A stretch of DNA of 63,963 nucleotides, counting the filler, from Thelocarpon superellum (lineage: Eukaryota), in the NCBI GenBank assembly GCA_026025795.1. It is 5 parts of 5 records of this genome, joined end to end, with 100 filler letters (N's around TTAATTAATTAA, not from the genome) between each part and the next. Parts side by side here need not be neighbours in the genome. Positions count along the whole stretch, not along the records: positions 1 to 13,957 come from JAPEUG010000442.1; positions 14,058 to 28,006 come from JAPEUG010000443.1; 3 more parts are not named here. One strand, given 5' to 3'. Positions 10,203 to 22,462 of the stretch are shown piece after piece. Position numbers and translations under genes: made by a program. The stretch's first letter is position 1, and each line of letters opens with the position of its first letter. The notes under the pieces were generated by a model that made no database searches, was not told the DNA's origin, and saw only the letters and a program-made list of their open reading frames with translations.

Positions 10203-13200
10203 TTACGCTCGTCGCGCCGCAAAGAGCGCCAGAGAGAGACTGGTGTCGTTGGCACTGACGTGCGGCGTAGGCTCGGGAAGCATCTCCCAGTGACGGAGTG
10301 CGTAGGGCGTCATGGTCATGGTCTTGGTCGTCGTCGTCGTCGTTCTGGGTCGTTTGCGCGTGCCGTGCCCGGTGATCGTCGTGGTGGAATGCTCGGTGGT
10401 CGTGATGGCCGAGAGCGGCGGAGCGTCGGACGACATGTGGATGAAGAGAGGCGAGGAGAAGAGATAGTGCATTTGCGGATTGGCGTACGACGTCGTGCTC
10501 CCGTCAATGTTGGCGGGTGGGGACGCCTCGGTCGCGGCAGCGGCTTTATGGTGGAGGAGACGCGGGCTGGTCACGGTCGAGGTGGGCGTTTCCAGGCTTG
10601 ACAGCGCTGCGATCGGAGAGTGTCAGCGTGGTGAGGAGCAGCCGAGGTCCAAGGGAAGGCCCACCGTCCAACAGCCAGCCGGTTAGATCAAAGACAAACT
10701 CGTGAATCTCGACGCTGTCGCACAAAGCGGGACGCTGCAGGATGGCGCGTAGGCAGTCCAAGATGCGGCATCGCGCGCCGGACGCCACGGCGGAGGAAGC
10801 GGCCGATCGGTTGGCGGAAGGGACGAGATCGTCTTTGTGAATGACGATGAGATGGAGGAGAATGACGATGCTATATCCATGGCATCAGCATTGAACATCG
10901 AGCTATTCCTCGTCCCGAGACGTACCTGGTCATCGCCGCCGCTCTTCTTTCTAGCCTGGACGCCCCAGCGGACGCGGTGTCGTCGGCCATCTCTTCACCT
11001 CTCTGCCCCCTCACGCGACCCACATATCGCAGGACGATCTCGAGCCTGTCCGCGAGCGTGGACACGATGGTGGCCGCGCTAGATTTGGAAATCCCATGAG
11101 CCGTCATCTGGACCAGCAGGAGATATCTGTGCACCGCCGCTGCGTCGGCCTTGACGGGACTGTGCGCGTTGGAAAGGACGGCGCGATCAAGGAGGGAGTG
11201 CTCGGCGAGCTCGCAGATGCTGCCCGCGGTGTCGTCGTCCAACTTGGTCAAGAGATCGAACCACGAGTCGTTGTCTTCATCTCCGATTCCATCAATGGCC
11301 GTCAAGAACTCCTGAACCAGCCCTCGTCGATCGGCAGCCATGCTGGACGGATTGGCGGACGGGACGGCGTTGAGGGTTAATTGCAGCTTCAGTTGACAGA
11401 AGGGCAGGGAGAGCGTGCCCACGGCGTGGACCACGCGAGCCATTTCCAGATCGGCGTCCATGTCCGTGAATCCTACGCGACGGTGAGCGAGTGCGAGAGA
11501 CGGAGGGGAGGAGGCCGAACCAATGCCTGAAGAGCCATCAAAGAGCCGATCCGCCAGGCGTCGCAACCACGGCAGGGCCGAGGCGGGACCGTTGAGGACG
11601 GGGGTGACGAGCTCGGCATACACTTGGCTGGTGTGGTGCACGATCATCATCCGCAGCGTGCCGAGGAGGCTCTCTTGCTCCAATAAGCGGTCTAAATCGC
11701 CTCGGAGAGTGGCGTCGCTCTCTCCTGCGAGAGACTCCAGCGACTGGCGAATGATGGCTAGAAATTGCAGCGGATGCGCGGTGGTAAACGCACGTCGTTG
11801 CACGCGGAAGCGATAGCGATCCTGCATCCGGGTGAGCTGCGCGATGCCCCTCCATGCGTCGGAGGGCCTTACCGGAGCGGCCACATCGGGCTGCAGAGGA
11901 TCGCTGTCCCACACGACGAAACGGAGGGTCTCCAACGCGACGCGGGTCTGCCTCGCCCGTGCCGGCCCCTGTTGCGGCGTCGCCAAGAAGCGCGTGGACG
12001 CGGCAACGGCGGCCTTGGCCGTGAGACATCCCGTGACCATCAGCGGAAACCACGACTGGCTCAGGTCGGGCCGGCTGTCACGTCGGACGAGAGCGTCCAG
12101 CCAGTGCTCCATCCGCTCATCGTAGGTTGCGGGATCAAAGGTGCGCAGGCGAGACGACAGCAGCGCGCAGGCCAGATTGCGCGCGGAGGCGTCCGCCCAC
12201 GCGACCTCGACGCGGCTCATCACCGTCGCAAACATCCGGGTCAAGGTCGGCTTGTCCATGCTGGTGCCGCTGGACAGGAGCCGCTCCAGCTCGTCGTGAA
12301 AGTCCGAGTCGGCGGACTGCAGCGCGTCGGTCGTGTGATCGGAGACGGGCGAATAGGCGGCCACGACGGACTTCCGGTGGTGCCGCTGAACCTCGGACGC
12401 GAGCAGAAGATGGGTCTCTCGTCGACCGGGGAGCTGGGCCGCCACTTCCGTCAGGGCCACCAAGAGCCCTTTGTCGGCAGCCTTCCGGGCCTTGAGGGCG
12501 TGGTGTCGGTCCAAGACGTCGCCAAAGATGTCGTCCACGGCGCCCATGGCGGCGAAGATGTCCACGTGGTAGTTGAGCGTGTCCACGACGGAGGCGAGCA
12601 CGGTGGCGTTGTTGGACGTGGCCACCAGCTTCAACACGTCGGCCAAGATGGAAAAGTCCTGCATCTGCTCCAGGGCCTGACGCACGCGGGTCAAGTCGGT
12701 GATGGAGATGGCCGAGGTGCCAGCCTCGACGGTCAAGTCTTTCCAATTGGCCGGGCCCACCCTGTGCGTACATGTCAGCCATCGATCATCTCCTCGAACG
12801 GAAGCAGATCACGTACGGATCGCCTTTGACGACATGCTGGGCGACGCGGAGACGGATGGACCGACTCAGTTCGGACCGAACGGTGCGGGAGACGCGGGCG
12901 AGGTCCAGGGCGTCGTCGCTGGAGAGCTCCCGGCTCGCGTCGTAGTGGGACGCCGGTAGGTCGGTGAGTTGGACCAAGAACTCCAACTCGGCGCGCGCGA
13001 TGACTGTCGCTTCATCGTCGGCGGCGAAGTCGAGGCGGGCGAGGAGCATCCGGCGCAGGTTGCGGAGATGCGGGGGCAGGCCGTGCAGCGGCAGCTCCGC
13101 CAACAGTCGGATCTCGCACGGCGCATCCGGGTCCAAGGCGCGGAAGCGATCGACGACGCCGTGGGTGATGAGCCATTGCAGGTAGGCGCCGACGGAGAAG

Positions 13201-13957
13201 TGTCGAGATCGCGCCAGCTCGGACACGGCCAGGTAGACGTTCGCCTTCGTGCAGGGGAGGGTGCGGCGGCTGGCCAAGAAGGTCACAATGGCCCCGTCCG
13301 TATCGAGGCCCAGCTGATGACAGTGCCGCGTCAGTCGCACGGCGCGATAGACACGCGCGAGGCCGTGGCGGAAGGGGGACGACATCCAGTCCCACAGCGC
13401 GTGCAGCATCCGTAGGGGATCGGGGACCAAGGCGAGGCACTGGTCGTACAAGAGGTCGGGGTGGACGGTAGGGTGGGCGGCGTCGAGGAGCCGATACAGT
13501 TGACTCTCGGCCGCCTCGACGAGGGTCGACGAGGGCGGCGAGGGGGCCAATCGCTCGTTCCGCCGCGCGAGGTCCTGGAAGGCGCGCTGGCCGCGGGCAT
13601 CGGCCCGATCGAGGTGGGCGTGGAGGGTCGAGGCGTATTTCGCCCACGTGTGAGGCGCCACCAAGTTTTCCGGCCGCGCCGTCACGAGCGGCCGCAGCAG
13701 CTGCGCCATGCGTGCACGCAAGGGCCCCAGCACGTCGCCGTCATCGCGTGAGGCGGCGTGGTGGAGCTTGTCCAGCAGCAGGTGCGTGAGGCGGCGACCG
13801 CACGGACGCGTCTGCACGAGCTCGTCCCAGTGGATCTGGAGCAGCAGCAGCCACAGGGGCAGCTGGTCGAGCGAGGCGGCGTCGAGCGCGGCGAGCAACC
13901 AGTCAAAGTAGTGCTCGCGGTCGAGGAGATGCGCGGCGAAGAGATGCGCGGTCAGGC
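10203..13957 (-). CDS. SRB8: Mediator complex subunit Med12 (Srb8), 5'-truncated by the contig end
   Basis: Motifs SELARSRHFSVGAYLQWLI, QDFSILADVLK, LLSSGTSMD and LSLPFCQLKL, plus the C-terminal PYALRHWEMLPEPTP...NDTSLSLALF of fungal Med12. Several short introns. Confidence 0.9.
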
Positions 13958-14057
13958 NNNNNNNNNNNNNNNNNNNNNNNNNNNNNNNNNNNNNNNNNNN
14001 NTTAATTAATTAANNNNNNNNNNNNNNNNNNNNNNNNNNNNNNNNNNNNNNNNNNNN
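13958..14057. other. Artificial contig spacer N44-TTAATTAATTAA-N44
   Basis: Exactly 100 nt, with a linker giving stops in all six frames; the gene to its left is cut. Confidence 0.98.
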
Positions 14058-14136
14058 ACGACTTCGCTGGGAGTGCGGGAGAAGTGCGAACACGGACGGA
14101 CTCTGACGCAGCCATTCCCCCTCCTATCTGAACAGC

Positions 14137-17100
14137 TCAACCACGCGAGAAGCTCGCGTCGAAGTTCCGAATGCCCAGGGGAACCTCCCAGCCATGCGCG
14201 CGACAGGCCCGCACAAACGCCTCCACGGCCTCGCCAATGCCGTAGTCGTGGTCGGACGCAGGATCCAGATGTGCGGGGAACGGCTCGATGTTGGCTATGG
14301 CCATGCGCACTTGGAGCAGGACCGATTCGATCGAAGCGGCGGCCGACCAACCACTGTTGGTGAGGAGCTAGGAGAAAGATGTGGTGTCAGTGGCGACGTG
14401 CGCACAGTCGAGAGGAAGAGAGGGGCCAAGAAGGAGCGTCATCACGTCCACTCACCTCCATGCACATGGCCCCGCCCATGGTGACATGGCCACCACCATG
14501 TCGAGCAAAAGGCAGGAAGCGAGGCCGGATGACGCGCACAAAGGGTGGACTCATCGGGTAGTCGCTCCCGAAGCGCATCTCCAGCACGATGCTCTTGACG
14601 CCCCGTTGCTTCATTTCCTGCGCCAGTGGGAGCGTCTCGTCAAACGAGTGCATCTCCACGATCCACTGATACACGTTCGAAATGGCCTCCCCGTCCAAGT
14701 ACCATCCGAGTTCATCAAGCGGCTGCGTCTTTTGCAGCTTAACCACCGCAGCCAGCTCCCGCTGCAACGTTTTGGTCGCCATGCTGGTCGCGGAAGCAGG
14801 TGGGTTGAGGATCTGGAGTGACTTGAAGTCGAGCGTGCCGGGGATGAAGGCGATGACGCGCTTCTCCGTCTTGTCGACCCCTTCGACCCCTTCGACCTTG
14901 CCCTCAGCCTGTTTCAAGTCCTGCCCGACGTCGTCGAGGCGCATGCCACCCTCCGCAACGCTTCCTTCCTCCTCGCCGTCGGCCTGTAATAGGGCCAGGT
15001 CGCTCATGGTGGAGCCGACGCTGTCGCGATCGTCCTCATCGGCCTTGGTTTTGGCCCGCGCCGACGTCGCGGCGGGCGTGGGCCTGCTCAAAGCGCCCTT
15101 GGCGCCCGGGGCTGTGTCCATGAACTTGAGCTTTTTGTGCGAGTGCTCGTCAGCCTGCTGCGGACCTGTGGTAGAACCTCGCAGCCCGTCAATCCACGCC
15201 ATTCGTCGCGACCCAAATGCATTTGCGGGGATGACCAGTTGCTGTCCGATGTTCCCCGTAGGGGTGTAATTGACATCTTGAGGATAGGAGCGTGCGGATG
15301 CTGGGTTCTTCTGCCGGCGTGACGGGCCCGGTGCATCTCGCGACGCGAAGCCTGCCGTTTCGACGAACAGGAAGCGTGTCTGCACCCAGTCGACATTGTC
15401 CACCACCAAGTGTGGCGCCTTGCTGACAAACTCATCCGGTGCATTGATGATCTCGTTGAGGCTGAGCGCGCTCTGGGCTCGGAGCTCGCTGGGTGGCCAC
15501 GTCCTCGCCGACGCCTGCACGACAATTAGCTTGGCGTGCGAAGAGAGAGACAGCGGCCGGCTAACGTTCGTCGGCCTAACTAAGGCGCCCGAGAGGCTGT
15601 GGACAGAGGAGTACGACGCGCTGGTCGCAAAATCCAGCGAATGGTAGCATCCATTGCCGTAGGTGCGTCCATGTAGTGCCTGCTTGTGATGGAGCCCCTC
15701 GCGGATGATGCCATGCCAATTGTAGAGCGGACTGCCATGCCACGCGAACAAGGTGGGAAAGCCGAGATTGAGGCGCGCCGTCACCTCCAGCAACGCGTCA
15801 CGGAAGCGGCTCTCCTTGGCGGGTGCCCCTTGGGCGAAGCGGAATTGGATCCACCCCGCCATGCCTTGCACCTGCTGCCCCTTGCCATGCTCCACCTCCT
15901 CCACGGACGAGCGGTTGGATGCAATGATCCATCGAAGCACCTCGAACGCGGCAGGTGAGATCCGAGTGATCCAGGTCTTTAATGCTCCCGCCTCCATGCC
16001 GCGATGGAGGATGTATGCTTTCATCTCTGCCACACTGGGAAGGCTGTCGAGCAGGAAGAGCACGCTCTCCCGCTGCTCGTCGAGCCCGAGCGTGTCAAAG
16101 GCTCCTTCGTAGATGGTGAAGGTGGCAGAAACGACTCGTGTCTTCTCCATCTCTGCTTCGTGCTCTCGCAGCCACGGATAGGATGACTCGCGACAACCGG
16201 ATTCCGCTTGTCCTAGATCCGGTGGCCTCGACGGGCTATGAAAGGGCTTTGAGAGACGGACGGCAGGGAACGCCGTCGTGTCCATGACGCGCGCCGAGAG
16301 AGGACTCTGAATCAGTTCACCAGAGTCCAGGAGGATCCAGTCTCCGACCTTCACGGGGCACGCGGAAGATCTTGCGGCGCCTGCGTCGAACATCAACTCC
16401 TGCTGATCGCGGTCAAACTTGACGCGGTATTGGCGGACGATGTTCGCGGTGGCATCGGCCGTGGGCCCGGCCGACGACGCGGTACTCCCTGGCTGGGCAC
16501 GGAAAGACCGCGCATAGGGAGGTGGAAAGATGGGGTGGCATGAGGGTGGGTTCGCCGGCACCCTCAAATTCAGACCCTTGGGAAGGTGCTGTAAACGGTC
16601 ACCGAGAGCGTGGGCATAGTACAAGCTCACGAGGAGATCGACAACGTTAGGTTGCGATACGATCTCGTGCTCGATGCTTGGACCAAAGCCTAGGGTCATG
16701 TATTGGTAGAGGCAGAGAGGCCGGTCGCACACGTATGGCTTCAGCGCCTCCGAGTTGGTGTCGACATAACGGTGGCAGACCAGGCAATACTTGGTGCATT
16801 CGCTGAGATGGATAGCGAAAAACACCGCGGCCAGGAGCGGAAAGGAACGCGACTGTAGTGAGTCGTCGGGCTCTAGCTCTCTCGTCTCCGGTGATTGGGG
16901 AGGGTCGGAACTAGCGGAGCGGTTGGACATGCCCTGCATCTCCTCGAGCAAACGATCAGCCTCGCTCCAGCTCACGCCCCGCTCGAGACGGATTCTCAAG
17001 ATCGGTAGCAAGTGTTCATTCAAGAGCTCATTGAGCGACCGCCCGATGAAGAGGCTGGTGAGGCCAGGACCCGGCTCGGGGACGGGGCCATCGGTCTTCC

Positions 17101-18092
17101 GTCGCTCACAATCCGCATCACGGGTCGGGCTGGTGAGAAAAGCAGCCGTGGCTTCCTCATAGCTGGGCTTGTAACCCTTGGAAACTCCGACGCGCAACTC
17201 GACACTCTGGTGCATGTACCGACGATCCACGGCCGTGATTTGCTCAAGACTCTTGTAGCCGGCCGGGTAACGCAGGATGAGCACGGCGTAGTGCTGCGGG
17301 TTAAGATCCCACGCATGCATTGCGTCGTCCGACAAGGGCAGCTTGTCAATGCGTATCGACACCGTCGTGAAGAGCTCGTCAGTAGCGGGATTGGCAGCAC
17401 CACCGAGTAGCCCGACGCGGAACCCACTGCCTTTGGCAGCACGTAGGTCTTCGCGCAATCGACGGCCTTGCGCGGATGAGCAGCCTGGGCTTGCAGGTCC
17501 TGGGGGGGACTTCACGCGCCCGTGAGGGGCCTCGTCCCCTTCGTGAGATTTCTGGGGCGACCAGCCTCCGAACCATAGGTCGTCGTCCCCCTCCTCCTCA
17601 TCGCTCGGGAGGCCCTCCTCGCCAGATATCTGACCTTCCGGGCCCGGGTGCCCCGACCCCTGGTCGTCGCTCAGGAGCGCGGCGTCCTCCGTGGAGCCGC
17701 CGGCCAGGGAGGCGTGGAGCCTGGTCGACGCCAGGGCCAACAGCTGGGCCACGCTCAACCCGTGGCTGCTCATCCCCACCTCCTCCAAGATCTTGCCGAC
17801 GGCAGGGTGGGGGGTCCCCGAAGCAGTGTAGAGGAAGACCCGGTGCGACGAGGGGTACGCGGAGACATCTGGAGAAAAACCGTCACTTCCATCCGTCATG
17901 GCTATCGGGATCTCTCCTCTACATACCAGGGACGATTGCTTCGATGGAGACGCCCGTCCCATCCCCTTTGGCGGGGAGGTAGGTAAAGGCGAAGGTTCCA
18001 TCTTCTGCGCCCGGCTGGAGGCCCGAGATGGCTGGTAGGGCGTTGTGGGCCACGGCCTCGGCCAGATCTGCGATGAAGGCCCGGCGGGCCAT
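14137..18092 (-). CDS. Fusion of a PARP6/8-like ADP-ribosyltransferase domain and a UBE2Q-like ubiquitin-conjugating (E2) domain
   Basis: Start MARRAFIADL (ATG 18092). Cys cluster YCLVCH...KPYVCDRPLC. ART motifs FAWHGS..NWHGIIREGL, YGNGCYHS and PHLVV...TRFLFV. E2 motifs YPMSPPFVRVIRPRF and GGHVTMGGAMCME|LLTNSGWS. Stop at 14137. Confidence 0.92.
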
Positions 18093-19237
18093 GCCGGCAG
18101 TAGCACGGGATTGTGGCTCGCTCGGCCGCGGGGTGAAAGAATGGCAGTATTCAGGAGGGAGGGAAGAAGTCAGGCAGGGCAGAAGAGCAGCACAGAGGAT
18201 ACGGGAGCGCGCACGCGATGAGACGGCTGAGGCCAGTTGGATGCTCAACGTTTCGGTTGGTGCAAACAATCACGTCGTGCAGATGAACGCATCCAACACG
18301 GTGGAAGAGATCTGGCGGATCCAGAGCGTGAGAGAAGCTGGAAGCAGAGTGCGGCAGGAGCCTTGGGTATCAGCAGCGGAAAGGTGCTGTACTTGTTGAG
18401 CTCTCGGTTGGCACAACGTCCACAGTGAAAACCAGCGTGAAAGCCTAGCAGTACCGAAGATACGCGTAACAAGAGCAGTGACGAGGATATCGACAGCAAC
18501 AAGGAGAGTTCTTGAGCAGAGCCTGGTACTGGACATTTGGGTGAGCCAACGCAATGGGATGTATTCACAGTCCACTTGGCTTCGGGGAATTTTCTCTCCA
18601 TGGTGCTCTAGCATATTACCTGCTGAGCGTTCGCTCTGATGGGTCATGTCAATTTGGGAGCTACCGAGCTGACTTGAAGTCATTCACAGCGGAGATCAGA
18701 TTGAATGTGCCACGACAGGAGTGCCAAAAGTGGCAGTGGCGATACCATCACCACCCTCTCCTCTGAGGTGGGAGGATGAGAAGAAGCTTCACTGTGACAC
18801 TGGTTGCTTAGGCTAGGGTCTAATGGGTAACTGAAGTTCAGCGGAACAGGAGGTCATCTGGGCCAATCATCCCGACTACACCTGATAATACGCGTTGACG
18901 ATGGCGGTCGGTCGCTGTGGTGGTGGGGGCTAGAGACCAAAACGAGTACCGTTGCCAGCTAGGATCTTATCCGCACCAGCCGCGTTTCGCGGTCCCGGCC
19001 TCTTGTGTAAAGCTTGGCGAGCAGGATGCGAGCAGAGCCTGAGCCGAACCTGGCGCTCAGTCTTCCCTGCACGTCGACAACACAGGAATGAGCGGCCTCA
19101 CCAACGTAATTGTCGATGTCGCTGGCTGAGAAGCAACTATTCTCATCAAAGTCGGCATGACCATGACCATGGCGTCAACGACTCAGCTTGCTCGACGGTG
19201 ACGCAGCTGGGATCCAGCTGGCCGCGGTGACTTCACC

Positions 19238-19993
19238 ATGTTCGAGCAGCCGCAATATCTCCGGATCCGGCGGCCCTCATCCACGACGGTCGAGTACACG
19301 GTATCCACCTTTCCGCCGCGTTCCAGCATCTCGGGCCCCGTGGTCTTTGCCCTGACGTTGCTGGTGCGGATGTTCATGGGGGCGGCATTGATGGCCGTCA
19401 ACTATGCCAAATGGACCCTGACTTACCCCCATATTCTGATGCCGATGGAGCTGAGCATGCTCGATAGCTCGGTGGGGACCCTCGCCGTGCACGCTGCGGA
19501 GCGTCTCGACTGGCGTCTGCTGCTCCCACTGAGTGTGGTTGTTGGGTATGCAGTCCTGCGCCGGGGATACACAGGCAAGTCATCTCGATGCGATGATTCT
19601 ACGCGTCCTGGTCTAAACGGCGCGCGATGTAGAGGAGTCCCTGTTGGTGCTGGCTGGGCTTGGAATTCAGACGTCTACGACATCGGCCACCTACCTTTTG
19701 ACGCCGACAACCCGATTTATTCCCACAAATCTGGTGCAAGACATCTTCATCCATGAAGCCTTTAGAGGGTTCGAGGTCCGGCATTACCTCGCCGTGGTGG
19801 TGCAGGGTGAAGAGGAGGTGGTAGTCGTCTTCCCCGTGAGTCGGTCCTGCTCGGTCTCGAGCCACGCGAAGCTCTGTCGGTCACCGGATGGGGGCACGAG
19901 ACTAACCGGGTGCAGGCCTTGCTACCACGTCGGAAGATCGTGGAGGAAGTTTGGCGAGGGGCCAAGGCATGTCTCTACGAGATGAAATCGTAG
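19238..19993 (+). CDS. GPI15: GPI-GlcNAc transferase subunit PIG-H (Gpi15)
   Basis: RRPSSTTVEYTVS, two hydrophobic segments, EESLLVLAGLGIQTST, RFIP...QDIFIHEAFRGFEVRHYLAVVV and VVVFP|ALLPRR. Two introns, the first GC-AG. Confidence 0.9.
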
Positions 19994-20698
19994 AAGGAAT
20001 GGAACATGGCCATCTTCCATCGAGCCTCTATCTCGTCGATAGTTCGGTGTCTCGGTCTCGGTCGAAAAGCTCTGTACATCTGCCGTAGCTTTGTAACCTT
20101 CCTGCTGTCACTCGTGCTCCTACCCCGGCCGCTGGCCAGCACTGGGGACTGGCGATCCAGGATGGGCACGGGTACCGCCGGCAGCTGCAACATCTGAGCT
20201 TATCATTGGCCCTCTTGGCCGTCGGGGCATCACGCAAGATGGGGTCTAGCTGACCATGCGAGTAGCGTCAGGCGGTTTTATGGTCCCCGCCCGCCCGCCA
20301 ACCCCGATCTGAGGCCGGCGCGTCGCCGCGGTCGGCAAGATCCCAACCAAACCTTAAGACGGTGGAAGGGTCCACACCGTTTGTGCAGTGCGTGCGTCAC
20401 AGCTGGTATGCGCGCCTCCACCCCCGGACGCAGGCACCATCTCTACTCCGATCAGCTGGTCGAGAGCCTGAGCCTTGGGACGTGATCGTGGGTGCGTCTG
20501 CTGCCTTGACCCCACCCGAACCTGACCTCTGTGGGCGTGATCGCTGGCGCCTTTGCCCAGCCATCAGCCCTCTTCTTCTATCCCGCCGCCACTCGTATCG
20601 TGTGGGCGGCGTGGTCCTCAACAAAACCTCCATCGTCTCCGCCATGGCTGCGCGACGCCTCTCACGCTGAGAAGATCTTGCCACGGCCTCCAGCCACG

Positions 20699-21811
20699 AT
20701 GCTGGACCCGATCCCGCCCCCGCCCCAGATCGTAAGCCAGCTCACGCAGCCGCTGGCCGATGCCCTGGGCCTCAAAACGCTTCCGTTCCACATCCACGAG
20801 GTCATCCTGGCGTTTGCCGTCTACACCTGGGTCAACTTCTCCCTCGCCCCCGTGCTCTCGTCCAAGCTCTTCCCCACCATCTACCGCAACTTGGCGCCGC
20901 GCACCAAGGTCAACTGGGATGTGCATGTCGTCTCGCTGTTTCAGTCATGCACCATCAACTTCCTGGCCCTTTGGGTCATGTACGTCGATCAAGAGCGGAA
21001 GGAGATGTCATGGCAGGAGCGGGTCTGGGGCTACACGGGCGCGGGCGGGATGATCCAAGGGTTCGCAGCGGGCTACTTTGTCTGGGACTTGATGATCACA
21101 CTGATGAACATTGACTGTTTTGGCTACAGCATGTTGGCCCATGCCATCAGCGCCCTGACGGTCTTTAGCCTTGGCTTCGTATGTGGCACTTTCATCGTCG
21201 ACTCTACGCTGTACTAATGACGTTGACAGCGGCCCTTTGTCAACTTCTACGGCCCAACCTTTATCCTCTACGAGATGTCCTCGCCATTTCTCAACATCCA
21301 CTGGTTCTTCGACAAGACCAACATGACGGGCACACGCGCGCAACTGATCAACGGCCTGTTGCTGCTGGTGACCTTCTTCTCGTGCCGGCTTGTGTGGGGC
21401 ACCTACCAATCCGTGCGCGTCTACCAAGACGTGTGGGCGGCCTTGCAAGCTCCGCGGCGCAAGATGGCACTTGGCAACGCCACCATGTCCGCTGTGACCG
21501 AAGGTGCCGGCGACTCCGTCTCGGAGATGATGATGTTCGCCGGCGACGAGGTGGTGCCTGTGTGGCTGGCCATCGTCTACCTGGGATCCAATGTCGTGCT
21601 GAACACGCTCAACTTCTACTGGTTCGGCAAGATGATCGAGGCCCTGCGCAAGCGCTTCCAGCAGCCGTCCCAGGCCGAGAAGACGGTCCATTCGAACGGC
21701 GACGCCACCACCTCAGTCAAAGCCTCTGGCGCCGACGTAGACTACGCCACCGAACCCCACCATCGAGTCGTACCAGTCGAGACCGAAGACGACGTCGACA
21801 TCGTCATGTAG
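20699..21811 (+). CDS. TLC (TRAM/LAG1/CLN8) domain membrane protein
   Basis: LPFHIHEV, NWDVHVVSL, GYFVWDL, LAHA, YEMSSPFLNIHWFFDK, FFSCRLVWG and LNFYWFGKMI. One intron 21179-21229. Confidence 0.92.
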
Positions 21812-22462
21812 TGCACCTTGACAGAGAAGTCAGCGAAAGCAAGCAGGAGGAGCAACGCTGGAAGGGTTCCATCCGCGATACACCACTCATCTTCTATCCT
21901 TTTCCTAGCGAAGAAGGTGACGGCGTCGTCCTTTCAAGTCAGCGATAGTTGCCATTCGACGGCGACGTGGCGAGAGCAAGTGAGGAAGTAATGACGACGG
22001 TAGGAGGAGCAGGAGCCCAAATCGCGAGGCAAGGAAAGGCGGGTCTGGGGCGAAGGAAAGCAGCGGAAAGCAGAGGAAAGCAGGGCAGGAAAGGACGATA
22101 TTCCTTAGCCAGCGGAGAGAGGGAGGAGAGTCCTTGATTCCTTGGTAGGGTGGCGTAGCGCGGTGTACTTTGACCCATTCATACCGTTGTACCTTCTTAA
22201 CAAGGAGGTCACAAAGGTAGTGCCTTGGTATTATTAGGTGGATACTGTATCACTTAGGGAGCTTCTAGTACTAAGCACCATCGACGTTGCTCAAGAAAGG
22301 TTCCACGATTTTGGGCGAAATCCTTGGCTACTTGTCTCAAGCAATGAAGATGGATTGATGGTCACATCGAAGTATATACAGAGTAGCATGTTACTTGAGT
22401 AGACGGACCTCGAAACACGCAGAGGCGCAGATAGGGAAGGAGGAGAGGAGGGCAAATGAGAA

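Noticed and set aside
11765..13647. Long antisense and alternative-frame ORFs over Med12 (also over NOP58, ALG7, FOX2, LEU1 and PIN4)
   Set aside because: These are shadow ORFs expected from high GC3 codon bias, with no independent motifs.
14002..14013. TTAATTAATTAA recurring at about 14-kb intervals as a possible regular repeat or piggyBac TTAA site
   Set aside because: It is always flanked by exactly 44 N on each side, so it is an artificial six-frame-stop linker.
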